Shown piece after piece: positions 52,804 through 64,000 of a stretch of 64,000 nt of DNA (within the stretch, counting starts at the first letter, position 1; every line of letters begins with the position of its first letter). The stretch is from positions 2,884,713 through 2,948,712 of the forward strand of contig NW_019091356.1 in NCBI RefSeq assembly GCF_001949145.1, given 5' to 3'. Under the pieces are notes generated by a model. It worked only from the letters and a program-made list of their open reading frames with translations. It was not told the origin of the DNA and ran no database searches. Source of the DNA: Acanthaster planci (Eukaryota). The position numbers were made by a program, and so were the translations under genes.

Positions 52804-53880
52804 ATGCCATCTGCCAAAGTCAAGGGTAAAGCCGATGAGGCTGGCCACCAGGCCCTCAGTGCATCTGGAGCAGCTTGTCCAGGCAGCCAGTCACTAAGGC
52901 AGCCGAGGAAGAGGACCAGAAAGAACAAGGCAAAGAAGGCAGCCAAGAAGAAGATGCGGAACATGAAACTGCCGACGAGACTCGCCAGACTCCTGAGCTA
53001 CAAGGCCAAGAGGGCCAGTCTAGAAGTTTTGCAGGCAGAGTCTGTGCAGTCAAACCAAACGTTACAGGCAGGAAGCACAGCACTAACACACTGTGACAAA
53101 AATGTTTCACCTGTAGTTTCTAGCGACAGGGTCAAGGGTTTTTTGGAGGGATGCAAGAACGGATGTTCATCTACCTTTCATAAAGCATTAGCATGTAGCT
53201 CTTCTCATGGGGAGAATAAATCGAATGGAACTTTTCTTGGAGATATTAATAGTAGGGATGGAAGTTCGGATGGATGGAGACTGATTCCAAAGGAGAAGCT
53301 CATTGCTCTTGATTGTGAAATGGTCGGCGTGGGTCCACAGGGGAGAACTAGTGCCCTGGGGAGGTGCAGCATCGTCGATTACGACTGTAACATCTTATAC
53401 GATTCTTACATCAAGCCGGAGCTGGCAATCTTCCACTACCGGACGCCATGGAGCGGCATCCGCAAACACCACATGGTGGACGCCGTCCCCTTCCGGGAAG
53501 CTCAGCAGCAGATCGCTGGCATCCTGCAAGGGAAGATCCTGATTGGCCATGCACTGATATCTGACATCCAGGTCCTCCAGCTCGGCCACCCATGGGAGGA
53601 TACAAGGGACACCAGCATGTACAAGGGCCTGTGTGAGCTGGCCGGATTGACCATCGGCCCGGGTCAGCACCCCAGCTTGAAGAGGCTGACCAAGCAGCTC
53701 TTTGGCCACTCCATCCAGCAGGGCGAGCACTGCTCCGTTGAGGATGCCCGCGCAACAATGAACCTCTACAAACTTGTTGAGCGCCAGTGGGAGGAAGAAA
53801 GAGTGTCTGGTTTCTCCGACAAGGGTTTCCGGGTCAGCTTCATGGACGATCATTTTTGGCCGGAGGATCTAGACCAGTAA
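52804..53880 (+). CDS. AEN: Apoptosis-enhancing nuclease-like DEDDh 3'-5' exonuclease (AEN/ISG20/ISG20L2/REXO4 family), 358 aa, single coding exon
   Basis: Uninterrupted ORF with basic NLS/NoLS-like N-terminus; ExoI ALDCEMVGVG, YRTPWSGI, ExoII LIGHALISD, RDTS, ExoIII HCSVEDARATMNLY. C-terminal FMDDHFWPEDL resembles the AEN tail as I recall it. Likely upstream non-coding exon: donor GTAAGT at 52061, acceptor TTTCAG ending 52795. Confidence 0.88.
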   Translation: MPSAKVKGKADEAGHQALSASGAACPGSQSLRQPRKRTRKNKAKKAAKKKMRNMKLPTRLARLLSYKAKRASLEVLQAESVQSNQTLQAGSTALTHCDKNVSPVVSSDRVKGFLEGCKNGCSSTFHKALACSSSHGENKSNGTFLGDINSRDGSSDGWRLIPKEKLIALDCEMVGVGPQGRTSALGRCSIVDYDCNILYDSYIKPELAIFHYRTPWSGIRKHHMVDAVPFREAQQQIAGILQGKILIGHALISDIQVLQLGHPWEDTRDTSMYKGLCELAGLTIGPGQHPSLKRLTKQLFGHSIQQGEHCSVEDARATMNLYKLVERQWEEERVSGFSDKGFRVSFMDDHFWPEDLDQ

Positions 53881-55834
53881 AATGCCTTGACGTGGCCCTG
53901 GTTTCTCCGCCAATTTCCTTACCTTCATAACTCCGTCACTATGCTCACATGAATTTGTCAATTTCTGGATAAATGAAATTCATTTTTGAACTTGTGAAAT
54001 GCAAAAATTTTAAGTTGTCGGTGAATTTTTGCTTGGCAAAAATGCATTAGAAAAATATATTTAATATGCACTTTATGATTTCCAAAATTCTAGAATTTCA
54101 GAATTGTGTTCTTCGTAAATTTATCCTTCAATCTATTTAATCCTTTCATTATATGAAACACCAAGTTGGCTTGTTGAATAATCTAAGCTACCTTCTCGTC
54201 TTCCACGGTCTCTGCAAAGTTTTGTAACCCAAAGACATGAATATTTGTGAACCAAAAATAAAGCAAAAACATGACAAATGGAATCTTTTTCTAAAGCTAT
54301 CACGGTTTATTCATTTTACAACACCACTCAACTCGGTGATCTAAATGTCTCTTTACAATGTACAGAGCAAAGGGTCCACCCTACAGTCATGTAGGTTCCT
54401 ACCCCAATCAAACCACTAAGGAAAATTGCTTTGGTCAACTTAGCATAGGCATTGGCCTGTCAGACATTATATTTAGCCAAGCACAAACCCACAAGCTGTG
54501 AAGTCTCCTACATCGTCAACAACACTGCTTGCCCCTCATCAAGCCACCGACATGCAAGTCGTCAAAGCATTTTGGGGGATGTAGCAGTTAGGCTCAGTAT
54601 GAGATTTAGTGATTTAGGAATACAATAAACCTGTACATGTATTCGTAAAGACTGTTTAGCCATCCCTATTGGAGGCCTGTCATGTGGCTGGCCGTAAACG
54701 GTTGATGAAGCACTGTCTAGCTGTGCATCACCTCGTGCAGTATGTGCCACGTGCACGCCAGTGTCCGTGTATGGAGATCAACTTCTTGTGAGAGGGACAC
54801 ACGCTGTTAAAGCAATGAAGTATGGTTACATAAAATCAAATCGTTGGAAATGTTCATTGTAAAGACAGCATCAAGAGAATGGATGCTGAAAATGCCGTTC
54901 TCCCAATCTGATCTTGAACACTGAAGACCAGCAAATGTATAATGTATTCGTTAACCCCAACGGTCCTCAATCCTCCAACTGCAAGATGATTTAAAATAAC
55001 CTAAACATAGAGCTGATCAGATCATGAACTCGTACACCTGAAAATAACTGCACATATACAAGGCCTACACAGTCGGTGAAATCCCAGATGGTACAAGTAC
55101 AAGTACATTGAAATGGACTCAGAGAATTTTTTTCTACAGGCACTGCAATCATTCCGCGCTGGATGTTTTGGAACCCTAACCACCATCCACTTGTATGTAC
55201 CCCTTTAATGTAAGTTTTCACATACCTAGGGGTGGTAAGTCAGACCCCTCCTTTCATCCAGTTTTCATTTGGGCATAAGGGGGCTACAGGTTCAACACCT
55301 CCAATTTCCCTATCATTTCTTTGGAAAACTAAAAGTTGCATCCAGCTTCGCAGTAACTGACGGAGCAATGACGTCAAGAATATCACAAAAATAATACTTG
55401 TGTGTTGAAATAACAGTGAATCCAATGATCAGTATGCACATGAAAATTTCCCCTTTTCTGTTTCAAATTCTAAGCACTTGCCTCAATCCATACCATTTGG
55501 TTACATACACTACACCGAACACTACTTAAAAAAAAACACATTACTTGCAAAACCTATGTTTTCAAATTAAAGAGTCAATAAATAATCAGAAGTGATGTGC
55601 GCCACAACTAAGCACTGAGTGTCTTTAGATCTATGTCGAGTCTGTCAAATTCTCAGAGGCAACTTAAAGCTTATGTTTTCTCAAAGCAATGGCACGGTTA
55701 TACAAGATCCATTCCCGACATGAGAATTCCAAATCACCCTCTAGATGGAAGCCCGGCTATAATACCAGCTCCCTTGGGGGTTCGAGTACAGTGCGGGGTA
55801 GGTTCCAAGATGTTATGGTGAATGCTGCATGCCA

Positions 55835-58800
55835 TCAGTTAGTGAGATGAATCAAGGACTCCACTAGATTCCCTTTATTCTCTCGCAGGCTTCTTTCCGC
55901 TTCCGTTCTACTGATTTCCAGCTCTTGAATCTGCAGTGAGGAAACAGAGTTTAGATAGGCAAAAAACCTCTTTTTTTAAATAGTCATTCCACATATTTTT
56001 TTGATTCAGGGCAATTTTTTTCCAAAATGACTCGGCATCATCTTTGGCTTCATCTTCATCTTGGGTTCAAATGCCACCACAACACTGCACATTATGGATA
56101 CACGTTGCATGACGTGACGTTCCTGTGACACAAAGTTGAACTGCATTTGGTAAAGATCAACACTTGTTTCCCACAGGTCAATGAAAAAACATGCAACTGA
56201 GCCAGGGGTGATTTCTGAGTCTTCTCTGGGCCATGTAGTGCTTGGTTCAGAAAACTGCAGTTTTGTAATTCTCCAAATGGGTATGAAACATGATCACTTA
56301 CAATCAGATCAACATCTGTCTTCTTGATGACAACTTTGGCTAATTCTCGCTCTCTGTGGAAATACAAGAGTTTGTTGTTAAGGCAGTGAAATGCAAAAGC
56401 TGACATAAACATCTTGGCCCCATTATAGAGAAAACATGGAACAGTTTTGCCATTGAAGCAGTAAAAGTGGGAAAAGTTCTTTGTTATTTCATAATTTGGC
56501 ATTTTTGGAGAGGTGTTTTCAATTTTTCAAGGATCGGGGAGGCCTCCAGACAGAACTGCCACAGACTACAATCCTCACCTTTCAATTTCTTCTGATTTCT
56601 CCTGTGATATTCTGTGGTGTATGGCTGCAAATGCCTGCAGTTAAAAACAAGAAAAGCACAGTAACTTCATTAATCATTAACCCTAACCTTCTCTAACCGC
56701 ACAGAATTGAACACCAGTAAAGTGTGTGAATTTGTGGCACTGGGTACTGTACCCCTAAACTGCTTGTGCTTTAACATGGGTTCAGGCAAACCCCCCAAAA
56801 CAGAGTCCAACAGTTTTTGTGCACAGTTTACAATATGGTGTTGGAATTTGTGTGAATGGGTGCGGTTCCCAGTAAATCACTCTGGGGAGTTAGGGTTAAA
56901 GTTTCAGGGAAAAACCCTGCACACTTTTGTGTCAACTGACCACATATTGACACATGTTGAAACTTAACAAAGACTACATGTATCAGGTCAATGGTTGACA
57001 CTTTGCCTCAGATGGACAGGTCATTTGCACATTAGTACTCTGACCACACAGCAAGAAAATGGATGCGCACAATTGCTTAATCGGCACACTCGTGCTGCAG
57101 GTGATCTCATAGTGCAATCATTTGATCTGATATGAAATGTTTGACTTTACTTCCCTTTCAGATACGACCTTTTACAACCATGAATTGGAGGGTAAAAGCG
57201 ACTGCATAATACCAGAATGTTTGACAAAGCAAACATGAACAGAACGTGCAAAGATCGAGCAAGAATAGATCAACTGAACACGCTCAACAGATACTTATAG
57301 ATAGACATGTAGAAAGTGCCAAAGGAAAGTTTTCAGCTATCCTGATTGTAAGTACTTAGGTCTACTCTGATGTCAAAAATATTTACGCCTTAATTTTTAT
57401 ACGTCCTTTCTTTACATGGTTAAATGTTGACTATGGAGGTTTGTTTACCTAATATCTAATTAAAATGGTGACATTAATTAGAAGTTTGCTGATCCAAACC
57501 ATGGATGACTGACTAGCATTGTAGTACGACTAAGTTGAAAGGTCATCACTGCCAGCAGTATGAAAACTTGACCAATCACAGCACTGCTCCTATCTTTTTA
57601 TGTTTCTCTCACCGTCAAATGAAAGCCACACTGTAATTGGTCACTGATGCAGAGATGCAACTCAACCAATAGCAGAGCGTCTTTCATTTAAGGGCAAGAG
57701 GGCAGAAAAAGGAACTACACTGTAGTTGGTCAAGCCATCATACTGCTGACAATCAGACAATGATGACATTTTATAACTTAGTGAATACAATTACCAGTCA
57801 GTCTTCCATGCACAGTGTAAGTATGCAAAGTTCATGACATTCTTGGGCAGTGTGAAGTCAGTTACATGTACTTATTCCTCATTTGAACAAGTAACCTTTT
57901 GATATTCAACAATGAATAAGTACCTTTTACATTTGGTGAGCACTCAGGATGCCCATCCCTAGAAACGATGGAGTGCACAAGGAACAAAACACAAGCTGCA
58001 GCACTTACATTTGAGGGCTTTTTTGAATCTGAAAAACACCATGGCCTGGGTTGCAGGGAGTCATCGCAGATTGAAGAAAACAATGAGATCCGCTTCAATC
58101 TTATCTTGAGGCAGGGCAGGGGGTTTGGGTATTTTAGTTTGATTTGAGAAAAGTTTGGTATGATACATTTGCTTTCCTACTCTGGTTTGCAAGCAAATAA
58201 CTCCATTGACACCACTTTAGTCAAGGTCGTTTTGACCATGGAATACTGCATTACCCTGGTTCAAATGCAAGTAGTGGGTCGATAAAATGTACAGAAGCAC
58301 TTTGAAAGTAAATTTTGACCTTGAGCGTGGGGCTTGATGCATATTCTTTCAATTGACCGAAATAGTTTCGAACAGTAGGTGTAACTGACCGTTTTGAGCT
58401 CAAATAATTATGTTGCTGTAAAAACTGCCACTGTCACCTATACTTGTCAGAGGGCTTTTTTGACCCCGAAAAACCCCATGCCCTGGGTTGCCTCTGTGTG
58501 GAAGAGAGTTCTGTGTATACATCGTGGTGTAATGGCATGTACAAAGTAAATAAGCTACATCATGTGAATGGATTGTTTTATGTGCCTTTTGCACTCCTTC
58601 ATTTCTAGGGATGTAAATCCTAAATGTCAAAGGGCTACTTATTCAAAGTTCAATATCAAACACTTACTTGTTCAACACTGAATATCGAACCTTGAACATG
58701 GACTGGAACTAACTTCGCATTGGTAAATTATTGTAAATTTGACTATTTTGATTGGACACACCAAACTTAAACTAGTAAAAGGTAAAACAAACCTTCCCAC

Positions 58801-59085
58801 ATGTATGAAATGTTAGGGCATACATATTCATGACAGCAAAGTAAGTCCATACAATCGAAAAAGCAAAAAAGTCCCATAGCGGTCTAGTACATGCCTATTT
58901 GCAATAGGTTCCCAAAATAAATGCCAACACACATTGGTAAGCCGTTGTCCACTGATTTCCTTCTCTTCCGCGTAGTCCGTAACTCTCTCAAGATCCGCCG
59001 CCCCGCTGTCGTGTTTCTTCGCTTTGGGCGCGGTGGAGTTTGACTCGACATCTTCAGGGTCGAGGTCAACTTCGTTTTGAGACAT
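55835..59085 (-). CDS. HYPK: Huntingtin-interacting protein K (NatA-associated, C-terminal UBA-like), 118 aa
   Basis: Exons: 59085-58933, 56634-56579, 56353-56302, 55930-55835 (357 nt). Motifs KHDSGAADLERVTDYAEEKEI, ERELAKVVIKKTDVDLIIQELEISRTEAERSLRENKGNLVESLIHLTN. Confidence 0.96.
56681..56895. mobile_element. piggyBac-like MITE in HYPK intron 1
   Basis: TTAA|CCCTAAC ... GTTAGGG|TTAA. Confidence 0.6.
57500..57810. repeat. Old degenerate foldback element in HYPK intron 1
   Basis: CATGGATGACTGACT..ACTAAGTT..CAGCAGTATGA..CTTGACCAA is mirrored by TTGGTCAAG..TCATACTGCTG..AACTTAGT..AGTCAGTCTTCCATG. Confidence 0.7.
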
Positions 59086-59396
59086 CTTACAACACGAATG
59101 TACTCCCAAAACTTTAAGAAAATCGGCAAAATTAACCAGAAAATTGACACAGCCCGTACCGAACACACACGTGAAATGAGCGGAACTAGGACTGTAGAGG
59201 GCGCTTGTCTTTGTCTTATTTTGGGCGCTTTAAACGCTTAAAGAAACGCGCTTGGGCTAATTATTTCTTATTTATTTACTTACTGGCGATGTCCAAATTG
59301 GGCGGAACGTGTTAAAGAATATACAACGGCATTGTACGTCTAGTCTGCGAGTCTCGAGAGTAGAGCTGGGGCGACTTTCTAAAATCTCTTCTAAAA
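59086..59396. promoter_or_regulatory. Putative bidirectional promoter and 5' UTRs of HYPK/COX7C
   Basis: Only 311 bp between divergent ATGs; CpG-rich; contains CACGTG, CGGAA, TAGAGGGCGCT, GGGCGG and TCTCGAGA motifs. Confidence 0.75.
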
Positions 59397-60549
59397 ATGG
59401 CTTTATCACGGGTATCTAATGTTGTTCGTAGGAATTTTAGCACGTCCGTGATTCGGAGGGCAGGCTACGGTGAAGGACCAGGCAGTGTAAGCCTTCTGAG
59501 TTTTTCATTTTTATTCGAAGTTTTGAAGAGTTCATGGCGTAGGCTCTGCAGCCTGCAGTGCTAGCCCAGGTACTAGGTTGGACGTTGTCTTCATTTCATT
59601 ACGACTGGCGGGCGGTCAGGGAGTCCACCTGGGCTAGTACTAGTAGCCTGCGTTGTGACAGCTGTAAAGAACAAATTTAAGTTACCGTAAACCTACCTCC
59701 ATGCCTAAACAAAATCCGTTTTAAATTTGATTGTTCGCCTACTTTGGAATATAAAAATTACAATTATATGAATGTATGTTATTCATCCTGTGAACTTCAA
59801 GTTCTACAGCCTGTAGAGTGCAACATGTGCTAGGACTGGTCAAAAGTATCAAAAACCATGGAAACAGTAAAAGAAATGACTAATTATGGATTAATGTCAA
59901 TCTCCAAAAAGTTTTGTTCTTTCAGTGTATTGTGGTCATCATGCCAATTTCATGTCTTTCTGCAAAAAAAGAGAAAAACATTGGCTTATAAATGCTAAGT
60001 TTTATGTTCGTTACATCAAGTATGCTGTGTGATTATGTATGCTGTTTGGTGAATGGTTGTTGAAAATGTTTTAAATAAAAACCGAAAAAGAAAAGAAAGT
60101 GTCTGAAGGGAAGTATTCCAAATTGGATCATTATTATTTTGTATATCATGAACATCAGGAAGTTGACTTGATCTCTGCTTTTCAAAGGCCTCTTCCCTGA
60201 GTAAGGAAGCAAGCTCCTTTTCCATGCTGAAATCCCCTAGTTGTCTTGGTTGCATCATGGCACTTGAGAATTGGGATAGTCTGATGCAGAATTCTTCCCT
60301 GTGTGCATACTCCCAAGCCTGGTTGGGCCCTCATTGAGAATAACAGTGAATATGCACAGACACTTTGATGAAGTGTTCAAAATGAGAATATTTTGGTGTA
60401 CTGAACAGGATGCAATTTTGATACCTTTACAGAATATGCCATTTGACATCAACAAGAAATGGCGCCTGCTGGGCATAATGACGGTGTTCTTTGGCTCAGG
60501 GTTCGCCGCTCCATTTATTTTGGTCCGTCACCAGCTCAAGAAGAAGTAG
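59397..60549 (+). CDS. COX7C: Cytochrome c oxidase subunit 7C, mitochondrial precursor, 68 aa
   Basis: Exons 59397-59486 and 60433-60549: MALSRVSNVVRRNFSTSVIRRAGYGEGPGS|NMPFDINKKWRLLGIMTVFFGSGFAAPFILVRHQLKKK. Arg-rich transit peptide, EGPGxNxPF and FGSGFAAPF..VRHQL signatures. Confidence 0.96.
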
Positions 60550-63500
60550 ACTGCTTAGCAAGCAGGTTTTTCTGTTTATAATTATCCAGTGAGTGTTGCC
60601 TTCTTTTCGTTGATAACCAGCTCAGGTTACATGTGTCATTTACAGATGTGTTGAAACAGCTGGCGTTTCAAATTTTTCAGATGGGCCTTATCTAACAGAG
60701 TTGACTCAATGAGCAAGGTTGCTTGTACCATGGAGGTTCTATCTCCATACTTGGACCAGCCACCTGAGCCAGTTAAGAAAAGTCAAGGTCGCTTCAGTAT
60801 GAAGCATGTGTGCAAGTCGGCATGTGGCCATGCTGAGTGGGCAGACATGGTGCACATTGCTGTTCCCCGAATGATCTTGGGTGTGATGCATTTTGGGCAT
60901 GCTCTGTTGGAATACCGAACTGGTTCATTGCCTTGGTGTCGACAAACTGAGCAACGTTTTACTGGATGTTCCCAATGGCCTCCATCATAGTTGAAAGCAT
61001 TATATTAGCTTAGTATAGAGCAACTGTCATGGATTAATGGCTCCCGTACAAAAGTTATCACAGCACTTATTTCTATTGACAAAGGCTACTGCAAATGACC
61101 AGGGAAAGCATTACCATGGTCACCAGATTCATCTATAATCAGAACCTGTTAGAGGACTTGGAAAAAAATATAAAGAACAAAATAAAAAAACCAAATGAAT
61201 TCAACAGAACCTGCACTTTATAACAATATGTTGTCATAAGGGTGCTCTTTGCATCTAGAGGTGACTTGATTGTAAGCCCAGAAAAAACAAGATCTAAAAA
61301 ATTATTTAGAAAACATGCTTACTCGAAAATGTGAACAAAATTTCAAAGGGATAAGAAAAGACAGATAATGTTCATGTACTTATCCATGCCTCTGAGCTGC
61401 TTTTGTCTCTTCGTTTACATTGTAGGTTTGATTTATGGAATACCGGAGCACCCATGATGAATGACATCCCGTAGAACTGCATGTCCTTGAGCCATCCCAG
61501 CTCTTCACCTGCAACGCTCATCACAATCTTATCAACTTTCAATCTGTCTCTCACCCACACACGCCTACAGTGGTGGTTCTGCAACAGGCCATAGTGCAGG
61601 GTGTGTTCTCTGCTGTCTTGCATATATTCCAGTCAGCTACATATCCGACCTGTGTGTTGACTCTGTAGGAACTCGACAGTTATTTGGGGGGTTGTGGAAA
61701 ATTTGTTTGTTCCAAAGATTGTGTGCACAAATGATTTTAGCCAAGAAGTGCAAAAAACAAAAATTTCTGGGCGATATTCTATCTAAAAGGACAGATTTTA
61801 TACAAGTGAATTGGGCAATTTGTGAACAATTCCTTTTTAAATGGAATTGAGGGTTCAGTGTTTTTGTTTTGAATCAGTGCGTGTGCCCAAAGAGTTTCAA
61901 ATATATGCATGGAAAAAGACAAGTTTGGGTTTCACTTCAGATTTTCTCTACATGCTTTAAAATGTGTTAAAGTAATAAAAATTCTGTAAATTACTGTAGT
62001 TTTTCATCCAAACCTACACTTGTACCTTTTTGTGTTTGTGACAGGCAATGAAGATGCAGGCCCTCAAAAACCAAGATTTTAATAATAAAAACAAGCAGCA
62101 AAACTAATTCACCAAGGTTTAAGAAATTCACTAATTGATTGAAACTCGGCTCACACTCGTAGGCCTAAAATTTGACATGCATAAACATGCTCTTACCTTC
62201 TGAAACTATTTTAGACCAAGGCTGTTCCTCACCCTTTTTTTTGGAAAGTCAGTTTCAGTTAAAGACTTTACATTCACATGGGTACATGTAATTGGTTTCT
62301 TGAATGTGGAATTAAAATGTTTTATTCAGAAAACAAAATTGCTCTCTCGTGTCGAGTGCTGTTCTGGTCTTTGAATTTCTTTCCCTCATCCATTTTTAAC
62401 CCCAAGTGTCACACATACTGCTGGAGTTCCTCTGGACAAGCATGATCTTTTTTAAACCAGTACACAAGCTGTTGTTCATTGTTACAATGTAGGGTCTATG
62501 GTAAACGTTTCCTTATAGGCACCCCTTGAAGTGTCCATTTCTTATGTGCTATATTAATTTTTCTATGAACAAGCACCTTAATGGTGCACATGGGATTTTC
62601 AAGACTTTCAAAGAGATTGAAAAATCTTGAATTGATGAAAATATCCTCAAATTGAGAGAAATCCTGACAAATCTTAACCCTGATGTACAAGAAACTTGAA
62701 AGTTGAGAAAAAATGGAGATTTGTTCGGCCACAGACTAAAAATCCATAAAACCAGTAATTCATTTTGATGGCGTCACAAAATACATGAACAACATTGCTG
62801 CTAGAAAAAAACATACAGCTTACAAATCAGGTGAATTCTTTTGGGCAAGTTTAATTCTCAAGCTATGTCTCAAGCAAAACAGTTGTTACAAAAATGCAAT
62901 TAACAATAGAATACACCAGAAATTGAAAGTGCAATTACCCATGATTTCTGAAATAAAAAAAGAAAGAAAAGTAGTACTAATAGACGGTAAATCAAACCTC
63001 TTTATTTGAAGTCCAATGATGTGGCAATTACAGGCAAAAATTTTATGACGGATACGTCCAAATATATCAATACATAGTGCACCAGACTAAGCAAAGTCAA
63101 GTATATTCAGTCTCTTAATTCAATAAGGTAGCCAATACAAATGTGTTAAGCTTATGGCAATACAAGTTGCAACTTTTTATCAGGCCTGTATCGGCAAAGA
63201 TTATGTGAAAACTAAGGTTCAGTGATTACATGTAGTTAGAATATACTGCAGTACAAGTGAATGGTAAGCTACAACTTCTATTCAGTGCAGTACTACGTCA
63301 GTCGAGGCAAAATTTGGTTGAAGATGATCCTATTAACCTATTCAAAAAGATAGACTGATTCTTCCACAGAGATGGACGGCACTCTCAAACTGATGACTGA
63401 TCATGGCTCTTTCAATTTCTTCCCTTTTTGTTTCAAACTATTGCTTCACACACTCCAGGACAAAATGGGTGTCGCGACTGTATCCATTCTAATACATAGC

Positions 63501-64000
63501 AGCTTGTTTACACGGCATGTTTATAGCAGCAGATAGCATGTGCACACCAGCTAATGGGAAGCATTTATTTAGTTTCCAAATACCATCCTGCACAGAAAAG
63601 TTTTTCAAGCAGGACTAGATGAAAGTTAACCTAATGCAAAATTGGCAACTGAAAATGACAACAGCCAAATTCCTTTTTAATACTACTGTCAAGTCTACTT
63701 GTCTACATCTTCTACTTTTATTTCAACTTTTCTTCAAAGCGTTTGCCCCAGTACGGCCCTGTTGCCCCGGTTTGTTCAGCAAGCAAGTGCAAAACACAGC
63801 AAATGGAAAAACATTAAATACATTGCAAATGGCTGCCAAAGCTGATGCCATCCTGTAAATGAAACATGCACAGTGTCACTGTTACAACACTAAATGGTAA
63901 AATAAGCTGCACCACGACTGTTAAAATTCTTTTTCACCATAATGCACTTCAAAGAAAACAATTACAGCTTGGAGACTTTCCATACGTATAGTCCCATTTT

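Noticed and set aside
53395..53853. Long antisense ORFs over AEN, and similar shadows over ALIX and DCST2 exons
   Set aside because: Expected from GC3-rich codon usage on the sense strand; no recognisable domains.
56677..56899. Interstitial telomeric TTAGGG repeats (also near 6066 and 31966)
   Set aside because: Single units, mostly forming TTAA-flanked MITE ends, not arrays.
59487..60645. snoRNA hosted in COX7C introns
   Set aside because: No properly spaced C and D boxes; the short hairpin at about 59558-59640 looks like a tiny inverted repeat.
61372..61623. 83-aa minus-strand ORF as an additional gene
   Set aside because: No recognisable motif or supporting neighbouring exons.

Overview
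Intron-rich eukaryotic (invertebrate metazoan-like) genomic window with two N gaps. Manual splicing at GT-AG junctions, with reading phase conserved, gives seven protein-coding genes: PDCD6IP/ALIX (-, 12 exons, 3' end off-window), a CERS1-type ceramide synthase (-, 6 exons, 346 aa), DCST2-like DC-STAMP/RING gamete-fusion protein (+, 14 exons, 834 aa), HDHD2 (-, 6 exons, 259 aa), an AEN/ISG20-family DEDDh exonuclease (+, intronless CDS, 358 aa), HYPK (-, 4 exons, 118 aa) and COX7C (+, 2 coding exons, 68 aa). The last six form three consecutive head-to-head pairs. Non-coding DNA holds tRNA-derived SINEs, a decayed LINE RT and many non-autonomous DNA transposons with readable TIRs/TSDs. I found no convincing new multi-gene system. 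The best leads are gene-architecture oddities: an AUGA-coupled ORF pair across DCST2 intron 1, a probable HDHD2/DCST2 antisense 3' overlap, two convergent poly(A) signal pairs with identical 43-nt spacing, CTCF-like motifs at the promoters, and an overlapping uORF in AEN. Gene names rest on recalled family motifs; no database search was run.
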